64,000 bases of DNA from Salinispira sp. (GTDB lineage Bacteria; Spirochaetota; Spirochaetia; DSM-27196; Salinispiraceae): the NCBI GenBank assembly GCA_965602015.1, contig OZ271918.1:704001-768000 (forward strand), read 5' to 3'. The notes beneath the pieces were generated by a model. It saw only the letters and a program-made list of their open reading frames with translations. It was not told the origin of the DNA and searched no databases. The position numbers and the translations under genes are program-made. This document shows, piece by piece, positions 8,608-17,259 of this stretch (positions are counted from its first letter, which is position 1; each line of letters begins with the position of its first letter).

Positions 8608-9765
8608 ATGAAATCAAAAAGTGAAATACTGGCGTTTGTCGATGACGAGCCGCAGGTACTAAAGGCGCTTAAACGTGAGATGGGCGAGTTTTGCCAACAA
8701 CTCGGACTTGAAATTCAGACTTATGAGAGCGCTGCCCGATGCAAGGATGCAGTTGATGCCGATCCCGGTCGGTTTGCCATAATCATATCCGATCTGCGGA
8801 TGCCCGGAACCAAGGGGAGCGATTTCCTCGTGGAGATTCATAATGCCTATCCGGATATCGCCCTTATGCTGCTCACGGCCTACAACGATATTCCCGAGAT
8901 TCAAAAAGCAATATCCGCCACCTTGAGAGCCCTTATCACCAAACCGTGGAATCCAGACATCCTCGAGTCGGAAATCGAGGACGCCATGGAGTACCGGAGA
9001 ATTCGCTGGGAGAACAGGGAATACCTAAAAAAAATAAATCATCAGCTCGACCAGGCTTCGGAGTTTCAAAAGAATCTCCTGGAGACCCGGATTCCCAAGC
9101 TCGACAATGTACGGGTGGACCTGAGTTACCTTCCGCACCCGTCCATGAAGATAGGAGGGGACTATTACGATATTATCAAGCTCGATGACAGGCGCTTTCT
9201 CGCAATGATCGGTGATGTTACGGGACACGGAATTCGCCCCTCGTTTATTACCGCAATGATAAAGGTGATCACCCTTTCCCTGGGGGCCGCGAAAAACAGC
9301 GAAGCCATTAGTTCAGGAGGCATGCTGACCGCCCTGAATAAACGCCTCTGCGCAATCCTGGAAAACAGCAGCGATATTCTTATTACCTTCAGTTGTCTGC
9401 TCATCGATACCGGGGCGATGACCATGCAGATATCCAATGCAGGTCATTTACCGGTGTACCTGGTTAATTCCGGAGGTGAAACAGAACACCAGGTGGATGG
9501 CCCTGCCATGGGCTTCTCTCCGGAGTTCAGGTATCCGGAAAAGGACGTGGCCTTGTCTCCCGGGGACACCATTGCGGTGTACACCGACGGATTGCTTGAG
9601 ACCCAGCAAAAGCACAGTAAAATCAATGCGGAGGCGGTAAAGCGCTTTTTCCGCCTGGCTAAAATGGATGAGGATTTCAACGGCACATTCATTTCCCAGC
9701 TAAAAATGGTGCGGGGTTCCGATGAGTTTTTCGACGACGTGACCCTTCTTTCAATTACCTTGTAA
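8608..9765 (+). CDS. Response regulator with PP2C/SpoIIE phosphatase domain
   Basis: REC motifs FVDDE, ISDLRMP and ITKPW; PP2C motifs GGDYYD, GDVTGHG, YTDG and DDVT. Confidence 0.92.
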   Translation: MKSKSEILAFVDDEPQVLKALKREMGEFCQQLGLEIQTYESAARCKDAVDADPGRFAIIISDLRMPGTKGSDFLVEIHNAYPDIALMLLTAYNDIPEIQKAISATLRALITKPWNPDILESEIEDAMEYRRIRWENREYLKKINHQLDQASEFQKNLLETRIPKLDNVRVDLSYLPHPSMKIGGDYYDIIKLDDRRFLAMIGDVTGHGIRPSFITAMIKVITLSLGAAKNSEAISSGGMLTALNKRLCAILENSSDILITFSCLLIDTGAMTMQISNAGHLPVYLVNSGGETEHQVDGPAMGFSPEFRYPEKDVALSPGDTIAVYTDGLLETQQKHSKINAEAVKRFFRLAKMDEDFNGTFISQLKMVRGSDEFFDDVTLLSITL

Positions 9766-9811
9766 AAGCCCCGCTCGTCGGGGAAAAAAGGGAATGTGGT
9801 TATCAGGATGT

Positions 9812-9850
9812 AAAAAAAGCGGTTCCGCCTTTTAAGCAGAACCGCTTTTT
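9812..9850. terminator. Bidirectional Rho-independent terminator
   Basis: AAAAAAAGCGGTT...AACCGCTTTTT between convergent genes. Confidence 0.8.
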
Positions 9851-9869
9851 CACGATAGGCACGGGCCCG

Positions 9870-11516
9870 TTAGTATGTTTTTATTTCCTTCCACACATCA
9901 CGGCTGCGCTTTTCCAGTTCGGCTACTCCCGACTGCGGTATGGCCGCCATGGTTTCCCGGGCTTCCTGCATGAGGTACGAGTAGCGCGCCCGGTCGGCTG
10001 TAGATATCGCCTTTCCGCTTCGGGCCTGCCAATCGAGATATGATGCGCTTGCAAGCAAGGCAAATGCCGCAAGATTGAGTCTGGTCATTGATCGAAGGAA
10101 ATACTCCTTGGTCGCAACCTTTTTACCGTACTTGCGAAGACCGAGGGACGCGAGTTTGCGAAACCGTTTTTCCAGGAGCCGGGCCAGTTTTACCCCCTCG
10201 CTCAACTGGCTATCGCCGAAGGGGCTTGACCCGATGCGCGCCTTGGGAAGGTCAAACAGGACTGCGGATTTTGACTTCTCCCCGCTTTTTATAAGCTTTC
10301 CCCAGGTCCTGAAAACCGTCAGCGGCGGATAGATGGAGTGAATTTCGCTCGTGCCTTCAAAGATGGTTGTGACCCGGAAATCCCGCATCCGCTTCTCATA
10401 CGGATGGGTCTGAAGAAATCCCGAACCTCCCGCGGTCTGCAGGGCGTCGTACAGGGTATTCCAGCACTGATCGGTCCCGTACAGCTTGGTGTGTGAGCTT
10501 TCCATGGCGACGTTCATTAAGTGATCGTCTTCTATCATTTTTGCCGTGAAGTAGGTCATGCTCCGCGATGCGAGCCAATGGGCGTCTCCCCGGGTCACCT
10601 TCTCCTGTATCAGTTCGAATTCCCCTATGGGCATTGCGAACTGTTTACGGGTAGCCGAACGTTTTAGCATGTCTTTCACGCTCTGCTTCAGCAGTCCCGC
10701 CGATGCGGCTCCCAGACCCAGACGGCCGTAATTAAGAATATTCATGGCGACCTTGAAACCGTCGCCTTCTGCAGCAAGAAGATTTTCTGCCGGCACTTTG
10801 ACATCCTTGAAGCGCAAAGAGCTGGTGGAGCTGACTTTCAGCCCCATTTTGGGCATGTCGGCTCCTACGCTGACTCCTTCCCAGGCCCGCTCTACGATAA
10901 ATGCTCCCATATAACCCGGCCGATTTTCCGGATCAAGCTGGGCAAAAACCGTATAGCCGCCGGCGTAATTCCCGTTGGTGATGTAGGTTTTTGTGCCGTT
11001 TAACACGTAGTGACTTCCGTCCGTCGAAAGCTTCGCATTGGTCTCCACGTGCTGGGCATCCGAACCGGTCCGCGGTTCGGTGAGAGCGTAGCCGAAAATC
11101 ATGTCTCCGCTGGCTGCCTTGGTGAGATACTCGGTCTTTTGCTTCTCGCTTCCGTAGAGGATTATACCCTTCAAGCCGATGGACAAGTGGGCCAGGGGAA
11201 CCAGCACCAAGGCCATATCGGCCCTGGCCATCTCTTCTACGACCCGAAGATATTCGCTTATGGAGAATCCCAATCCGCCGTATTTTTTTTCGATTAACAG
11301 CCCGAATAATCCGATATCTCTCATGCCCTGCATGAGTTCATCCGGCACTACTCCCTGTTTTTCGATGTCCAGGGCCGGGAATCGGGCAATCAATGCATTG
11401 TATTTTTCCATAAATGCGCCGACTTTTTTCTCATCAATCGATGAACCATAATCCCGGACAAGCATCGCGGGGTCGTACTCTCCGGAGTACAGTTTTTCAA
11501 AGAATCCGTATTGCAT
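9870..11516 (-). CDS. Acyl-CoA dehydrogenase with C-terminal extension (ACAD9/VLCAD-like length)
   Basis: ALTEPRTGSDA, LNGTKTYITNG and RDFRVTTIFEGTSEI with the catalytic Glu. Confidence 0.92.
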   Translation of the reverse strand: MQYGFFEKLYSGEYDPAMLVRDYGSSIDEKKVGAFMEKYNALIARFPALDIEKQGVVPDELMQGMRDIGLFGLLIEKKYGGLGFSISEYLRVVEEMARADMALVLVPLAHLSIGLKGIILYGSEKQKTEYLTKAASGDMIFGYALTEPRTGSDAQHVETNAKLSTDGSHYVLNGTKTYITNGNYAGGYTVFAQLDPENRPGYMGAFIVERAWEGVSVGADMPKMGLKVSSTSSLRFKDVKVPAENLLAAEGDGFKVAMNILNYGRLGLGAASAGLLKQSVKDMLKRSATRKQFAMPIGEFELIQEKVTRGDAHWLASRSMTYFTAKMIEDDHLMNVAMESSHTKLYGTDQCWNTLYDALQTAGGSGFLQTHPYEKRMRDFRVTTIFEGTSEIHSIYPPLTVFRTWGKLIKSGEKSKSAVLFDLPKARIGSSPFGDSQLSEGVKLARLLEKRFRKLASLGLRKYGKKVATKEYFLRSMTRLNLAAFALLASASYLDWQARSGKAISTADRARYSYLMQEARETMAAIPQSGVAELEKRSRDVWKEIKTY

Positions 11517-11534
11517 TGTATGTTCTCCTTTGTG

Positions 11535-13808
11535 TTATACGAATATGCCCTGTTTGCCCTCAACCCTGGATACCAGGCCGGGCGCAGGGCTAAATCGGGA
11601 GTCAATTCGGGTTTCCAGACTCCTACTCATTTCGAGGAGGGTATCAAGTCCCATATTCTCGGCGGTCTTCAGAAGCCCCCCCCGAAAAGCGGGAAAACCT
11701 GTTCCGAATATCATGGCCAAATCAAGCATGCCGGCGTTTTGAACTATCCCGTCATCGAGGCAACGCAGCGCTTCATTGATCATCATACATAACGGACGGT
11801 TTATCAGGTCATCTTTGCCCGGCGTTGAAGCAGAAGCGCGCCGGCTTGAGATAATTTTCTGCATTGCGGGATTAACATTTTTGCTGCCCTTATCGTACAA
11901 ATAGAAGCCCTTCCCGTTTTTCTTTCCCAGCAGCTCAGGGTGATCAGCGAGGGCGGTAAGCATCGGGGCCGCCTTCATTCTGTCGGGGAAGGCCTCTTCA
12001 AGAATAAGCGCCACATGCCGGGCAACATCAATCCCTATTTCATCAATGAGGGTGAAGGGGCCCATCGGCATCCCCCATTTCTTCCACAATGCGTCGGTCT
12101 CGCGGATGTCAGCTCCGTCGGATAACAGATATGCCGTCTCGTTCAGGTAGGGCATAAGAATGCGGTTTACCAAAAATCCCGGACCGTCTTTTACAAATAC
12201 CGGCGTCTTCTTCAGCTTGAGGGCGAAGCGGGCAATTTCAATTGCGGTGTGGGGATCTGTTTTTTCCGAAGAGATGACTTCAACAAGGGGCATTCGGTTG
12301 ACCGGGTTGAAGAAGTGCATCCCCGCAAAGCGCTCGGGATGCTTGAGGGAGCGTGACATTTCATTCACCGAAAGGCTCGACGTATTGGAGGCGATAATAC
12401 TGCCCTCATCAATATGGTCTTCCAACTCTGACAGGACGGCCTTTTTCACCGCCATTTTTTCCACCACGGCTTCAACAACAATATCCGCCCGGGTGAAACT
12501 CTTGTAATCAAGGGTGCCGCTTATGCGATGCATGCCGAGGCCGATTAGTCTGTTGTCTACCTTCCGGATTTTTTTGAGCTGCCGATAGATTTTCATGGCT
12601 GCATCCCAGCCCTTTTGCACCGCATCCCAGGCGATATCCTTTAGCGCAACATCATAGCCCCCGTTGGCAAAGAGCCAGGCTATGCCGCCGCCCATGACTC
12701 CGGCGCCGAGGACCCCGGTGTTCTCGATTTTTTCCGGGAGTTTTGCGCTTCCCGCGGCGGCGCCGGCACCGGGAACATCGCCGGGTTGGGGAAGCTTTTT
12801 ACTCGCCTCCGAAAGGTAGTATATGTCTATGAGATTTTTGCTGATATCACTGACCGCAAGCTCGGCAAAACGCTCAGCTTCGTACACCAGCCCTTTGGCA
12901 AAGTTCCCGCCCAAGGTTTTTTTTATGGTGGCGATTGCGGTCAGCGGGGAAGGGTAGTTCCCCAGGGTTTTGGCAAGAACCTGCTTCTTTGCGGCATTGA
13001 GAGCGAGATTTCTTCCGAGTCCCGTTCTATTGAGAAACCAGCTTTTTTTCGGGTACTGAATTTTCCCCCGCTTTACCAGCCGGATATAGGGGTATGCATC
13101 TTTTCGGACCTGGAGCTGCCAATTTCTTCCCCGGTTCACGGCGGTTTCATAGACGCTGCCCAAAGCCGGGCGTTTTGAGAGTAAGCTGGGGTGGAGTTTC
13201 CTGATTTTCGCGGAAAACTTCTCGAGGAAAAATTCGAAGTACCCTTCCGGTACCATGCGGTCTGCAAGACCGGTTTTTTCCGCTTTTCGCGCATCGAAGG
13301 TCTTGCCGCTGAGTATCATCGGAAGCGCCTGGGTGATATCAATCAGTCTGGGCAAGCGCTGAGTCCCGCCGAATCCCGGCATGATCCCGAGATTTACCTC
13401 CGGAAGGGCGATTTTTGCCTTGGGGCTGTCACCGACAACCCGGAATGTACAGGCTAAGGCCAATTCGGTGCCGCCTCCCATACATGCCCCGTTGATGAAT
13501 GCCAGGCTGGGAAAGGGCATAGTTTCCAATCGATTCAGTACGTCCTGACCCATCTTCGCTTTTTCATAGGCCTCTGCTGTCTCGCGGATATCGCGAATCT
13601 CATTAATGTCGGCCCCGGCAATAAAAATTCCCGGCTTCGCGCTGTCAATAACCAGAAGGTGAAGGTCGCTTCGGTTCTGTAGTTCGGCAAACTTTTCATC
13701 GAGGGCCCTCATGACCTCGGTGCTGAGCAGGTTTACCGGCTTACCTTCAAGGTCGAGGGTGATTCTCGCAAGTCCGTCCTCTTCGCGGAATGTAAAAAAA
13801 CTGTTCAT
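11535..13808 (-). CDS. Fatty acid oxidation complex alpha subunit (enoyl-CoA hydratase / 3-hydroxyacyl-CoA dehydrogenase, FadB/FadJ type)
   Basis: FIAGADI, GGGTELALAC, LPEVNLG, GAGVMGGGIA, SNTSSL and GMHFFNPV. Confidence 0.94.
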   Translation of the reverse strand: MNSFFTFREEDGLARITLDLEGKPVNLLSTEVMRALDEKFAELQNRSDLHLLVIDSAKPGIFIAGADINEIRDIRETAEAYEKAKMGQDVLNRLETMPFPSLAFINGACMGGGTELALACTFRVVGDSPKAKIALPEVNLGIMPGFGGTQRLPRLIDITQALPMILSGKTFDARKAEKTGLADRMVPEGYFEFFLEKFSAKIRKLHPSLLSKRPALGSVYETAVNRGRNWQLQVRKDAYPYIRLVKRGKIQYPKKSWFLNRTGLGRNLALNAAKKQVLAKTLGNYPSPLTAIATIKKTLGGNFAKGLVYEAERFAELAVSDISKNLIDIYYLSEASKKLPQPGDVPGAGAAAGSAKLPEKIENTGVLGAGVMGGGIAWLFANGGYDVALKDIAWDAVQKGWDAAMKIYRQLKKIRKVDNRLIGLGMHRISGTLDYKSFTRADIVVEAVVEKMAVKKAVLSELEDHIDEGSIIASNTSSLSVNEMSRSLKHPERFAGMHFFNPVNRMPLVEVISSEKTDPHTAIEIARFALKLKKTPVFVKDGPGFLVNRILMPYLNETAYLLSDGADIRETDALWKKWGMPMGPFTLIDEIGIDVARHVALILEEAFPDRMKAAPMLTALADHPELLGKKNGKGFYLYDKGSKNVNPAMQKIISSRRASASTPGKDDLINRPLCMMINEALRCLDDGIVQNAGMLDLAMIFGTGFPAFRGGLLKTAENMGLDTLLEMSRSLETRIDSRFSPAPGLVSRVEGKQGIFV

Positions 13809-13919
13809 TGTTATAATCCTCGTTGCTGCATGAAAATATCGTCCTGTTATTCGCGATACAAGTTACACGAAATAGATTTCGCGAATAGTGTATCGCGTAA
13901 AAATTGTCTTCCGTGCTGG

Positions 13920-15218
13920 CTATGATACCTCAAGCAGCAGGCTTCCGCCCTGGCCGCCGCCGATGCACAGAGTTGCCAGTCCGGTATTCTTCCCCTGGCG
14001 CCGCAGTTCCCTCAGCGTGTGTACGGCAATCCGGGTCCCGGTAACGCCTACCGGATGTCCCAGGGCGATGGCTCCTCCCTGCAGATTCATTTTGTCCCGG
14101 TCAATTTCCCCCAGGGCTTTATCCATGCCGAGGTATTTCTTGGCAAATGCGGTGCTCGAAAATGCCCGTTCGTTTCCAATAATTTGAGCGGCGAATGCTT
14201 CGTTCATTTCTATGTAATCTATGTCGGACATTTTTACCCCGCTCCGCTTGAAGAGCTTTGCCGTTGCATACGTGGGTCCCAAACCCATGCGTTCGGGTTC
14301 CAGGCCCGCATAGGCCCAGTCTGTGAGGTAGCCCAAAGGCTCGAGTCCGCGTTTTTTGGCGTCGCTCTCCCGCATCATGATAACTGCGGCGGCTCCGTCG
14401 GTAATTGGGCAGGCATTGCCGACCGTAACGGTGCCGTTTTTCTTGTCGAAGTACGGGCGAAGTTTGCCCAATGCTTCCATGGTCTGGTTAGCTCTGGGAC
14501 CTACATCCTGATCAAGCACGGTTTTGTACTCGGGCATGACAGGCAGGGGAATTATTTCTCCATCCAGGTGATTTTCTTCAGCAGCCCGCACTGCCCGTTG
14601 ATGGCTCATGAGTGCGTATTCGTCCTGCTCATCCCTGCTGATAGTAAATTCCTTGGCCAAATTTTCCGCCGTGAGTCCCATAATCAGTCCGCTCACCGGA
14701 TCGGTTAAACCGTGCATGACGCCGATTTCCGGCTTTAGCATGCTGAGCTTGAAGGAAAAAAGGGTTCCGAGTTTTTGGAAAAACGTCTTCGAGCGCATCA
14801 TCTGTTCCATGAATCCGGTAAATTGCTTGTTAAAAAAGAGGGGGATATTGCTCATGCTTTCGGCGCCGCCTGCCAGGTATATGTCTCCCTCCTGCATGAT
14901 GAGCTTGCTCGCCGCGGTGGTCATGGATTCCATGCCGCTGGCACAGTTCCTGTGAACCGTGTACGCGGATATTGAATTAGGCATGCCCGCCTTGAGGGCA
15001 ATGACCCGGGAGATATTGGCGGCGTGGGCGGGCTGGGCCACATTGCCGATAATGACTTCGTCATACTCTTCCGGTTCTATCGGGTTTCTTTCGAGGATCT
15101 GCCTGACGATATAGGCCCCCAGATCGTCAGCCTGAGTGTTTTTTAACGGACCCCCGGCTTTTGCCATAGGGGTCCTGATGCCGTCGATGATGGCAATCCG
15201 TTCCTTGGTAAAATTCAT
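13920..15218 (-). CDS. 3-ketoacyl-CoA thiolase (FadA/FadI type)
   Basis: NCASG (catalytic Cys), NEAFA, GGAIALGHP and LCIGGGQG. Confidence 0.95.
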   Translation of the reverse strand: MNFTKERIAIIDGIRTPMAKAGGPLKNTQADDLGAYIVRQILERNPIEPEEYDEVIIGNVAQPAHAANISRVIALKAGMPNSISAYTVHRNCASGMESMTTAASKLIMQEGDIYLAGGAESMSNIPLFFNKQFTGFMEQMMRSKTFFQKLGTLFSFKLSMLKPEIGVMHGLTDPVSGLIMGLTAENLAKEFTISRDEQDEYALMSHQRAVRAAEENHLDGEIIPLPVMPEYKTVLDQDVGPRANQTMEALGKLRPYFDKKNGTVTVGNACPITDGAAAVIMMRESDAKKRGLEPLGYLTDWAYAGLEPERMGLGPTYATAKLFKRSGVKMSDIDYIEMNEAFAAQIIGNERAFSSTAFAKKYLGMDKALGEIDRDKMNLQGGAIALGHPVGVTGTRIAVHTLRELRRQGKNTGLATLCIGGGQGGSLLLEVS

Positions 15219-15290
15219 TACTGCTCCTGTTTACTGAGGTACCGGGGATATCTTGCATCCCCGGCAGCGGTGACCGTCAGCGTGATGGGT

Positions 15291-17057
15291 TTACTTCCAG
15301 CCCCGCTGTATTTTGTACATGTCGTTGATGAGATTCGAATATTTTTCCTCAATGAAGAATCGGCGCACCTTCATGGTCGGGGTGAGCTCTCCATCTTCAA
15401 CGGTTGCCTGGTTGTGAACCACCCGGAAATCGGCGATGTGCTCGCAGTGATGGTGGTGCTTGTTCATCTCCATGATGTAGTCTTCAATTTGGCCGCGGAA
15501 ATACTGGCTGTCGAGAAACTTATCGTCGTCCACATCCTGCATACCGGCCTTTTTCTTTAGGGCGGGCAGTTTTTCGTATTCAGGGAAGATAAGAGCAGTA
15601 ACGTAGGTTCGGTTATCTGCCACTACCACCGCTGTTTCAATGCCGTTCATTTTTACCAGTTCGTTTTCCAGGGGAACCGGAGGAACGTACTCGCCGGTTG
15701 ACTTTTTGAATAACTCTTTTTTTCTGCCGGTGATGGTGAGATAGCCGTCTTCATAGCTTCCCAAATCACCGGTGTGCAGCCAACCGTCGTTATCTATCAC
15801 CTCGGCCGTGGCGTCGGGTCGGTTATGATACCCGCGCATAATGTTGGGTCCCTTGGCAAGCACTTCGCCGTCCTCGGCAATTTTTATTTCCACACCGGGA
15901 AAGACCGGACCGACGCTTCCGATTTTCCGGTGACCCGGGTAGTTAGCCGCAATTACCGGAGAGGCTTCGGTAAGACCGTAACCCTCGTATATGTCGATAC
16001 CGCAGTTCACAAAAAAGGATGCAATTTCCGGCGCAAGCTTGGCCGATCCTGAAATTGACATGCGCAGCCGACCCCCGAGGGCATCACGAAACTTTCCATA
16101 CAGCAGTTTGTTGAACAGGGCTCCCATCAAACCCTTTTGAGCGGTACCAGGTTTCTTGGTTTCTGCCCTGCGGAACCCTGCTCTGGCGATAAGCCCGGAG
16201 ATTCCGGTTTTTTCCAGAACGCCTTCCTGCATTTTCAGATAGACCTTCTCCAGAATTCTCGGAACCACAGTCATCATGGCCGGTCGCACGCTCTTGGCGT
16301 ACTTGCCGAGCATTTTGGGATCGTCGGCGAAGTAGATCGGAAGACCGGAGGAGATGTAAAAGTACATTACCATCCGCTCGAAAATATGAGCGAGGGGCAG
16401 AGCGGAGAGAATAATATCATTGCTCCGTGTTTCATAGCGCTGAGCCGCCGCGTGCACCTGACTGATGATGTTGCGGTGGGTGAGTTCTACTCCCTTCGGC
16501 AGACCGGTGCTTCCGCTGGTGTAGATAATTGTTGCAAGATCGTCCTGGGAAACCTTGGCGACCAGGCTCGCAAACAGTTCAGGCTGGGCTTTTTCTAATT
16601 CCTGACCCTTCCTGATGAGCGAATTGAAGTGGTCATTGGGAAAGCCCTTGCCAAAGGTAATCTGCTCCTTGAGATGCTTATGGGTGGCTTTGATGTTGGG
16701 TAGCTCATCCAGGTTTCCGATGAAGATGTACTTCATTGCCGAATCGCTTATTTCATGACCGAGGGATTCGATGCTTATTTTCTTGAAGAGGGGAACCGAA
16801 ACTGCCCCCAGGCTGACGGTGGCCAGATCGAGAATAATCCACTCCGGTGAGGACGGAGCCAGAATTCCGACGCTATCGCCCCGCTTCACACCCATATCAT
16901 GCATACCCAGTGCCAGCCACACAACGTGGTTGCGAAACGCGCCGCTTGAGTACATTCGCCATGACTCGCCCTCGGGGTACATTAATGCCCGCTCAAGGTT
17001 ATAATTATCAGTGGCGTGTAAAAACAGCTCCGGTAATGTCGTGAAATTCCGACTCAT
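15291..17057 (-). CDS. Long-chain fatty acyl-CoA ligase (AMP-binding, FadD15-like)
   Basis: IIYTSGSTGLPKG, EGYGLTE, GWLHTGDLG and GRKKE. Confidence 0.93.
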   Translation of the reverse strand: MSRNFTTLPELFLHATDNYNLERALMYPEGESWRMYSSGAFRNHVVWLALGMHDMGVKRGDSVGILAPSSPEWIILDLATVSLGAVSVPLFKKISIESLGHEISDSAMKYIFIGNLDELPNIKATHKHLKEQITFGKGFPNDHFNSLIRKGQELEKAQPELFASLVAKVSQDDLATIIYTSGSTGLPKGVELTHRNIISQVHAAAQRYETRSNDIILSALPLAHIFERMVMYFYISSGLPIYFADDPKMLGKYAKSVRPAMMTVVPRILEKVYLKMQEGVLEKTGISGLIARAGFRRAETKKPGTAQKGLMGALFNKLLYGKFRDALGGRLRMSISGSAKLAPEIASFFVNCGIDIYEGYGLTEASPVIAANYPGHRKIGSVGPVFPGVEIKIAEDGEVLAKGPNIMRGYHNRPDATAEVIDNDGWLHTGDLGSYEDGYLTITGRKKELFKKSTGEYVPPVPLENELVKMNGIETAVVVADNRTYVTALIFPEYEKLPALKKKAGMQDVDDDKFLDSQYFRGQIEDYIMEMNKHHHHCEHIADFRVVHNQATVEDGELTPTMKVRRFFIEEKYSNLINDMYKIQRGWK

Positions 17058-17083
17058 ACATCCTCCTCTTTATGAATAAATAA

Positions 17084-17156
17084 TGAATGATGGTTCAATA
17101 TTTAAAGTTTACAAGTGAAGTCAGGAAATGACAAGGAAAAAGTGAACGACTATTCA
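17084..17156. promoter_or_regulatory. Two palindromic TGAA-N6-TTCA sites; candidate TetR/FadR-type operators
   Basis: TGAATGATGGTTCA at 17084-17097 and TGAACGACTATTCA at 17143-17156, upstream of the beta-oxidation operon. Confidence 0.55.
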
Positions 17157-17259
17157 GTAATCCTCTGGGGTCATAGCATTCGGTCCCTTCCAATGGGAAA
17201 GCGATGTTGAAATTATGTTCTTTTCAGAGGGAGGATATTGAAATACACTGATTTGTATT

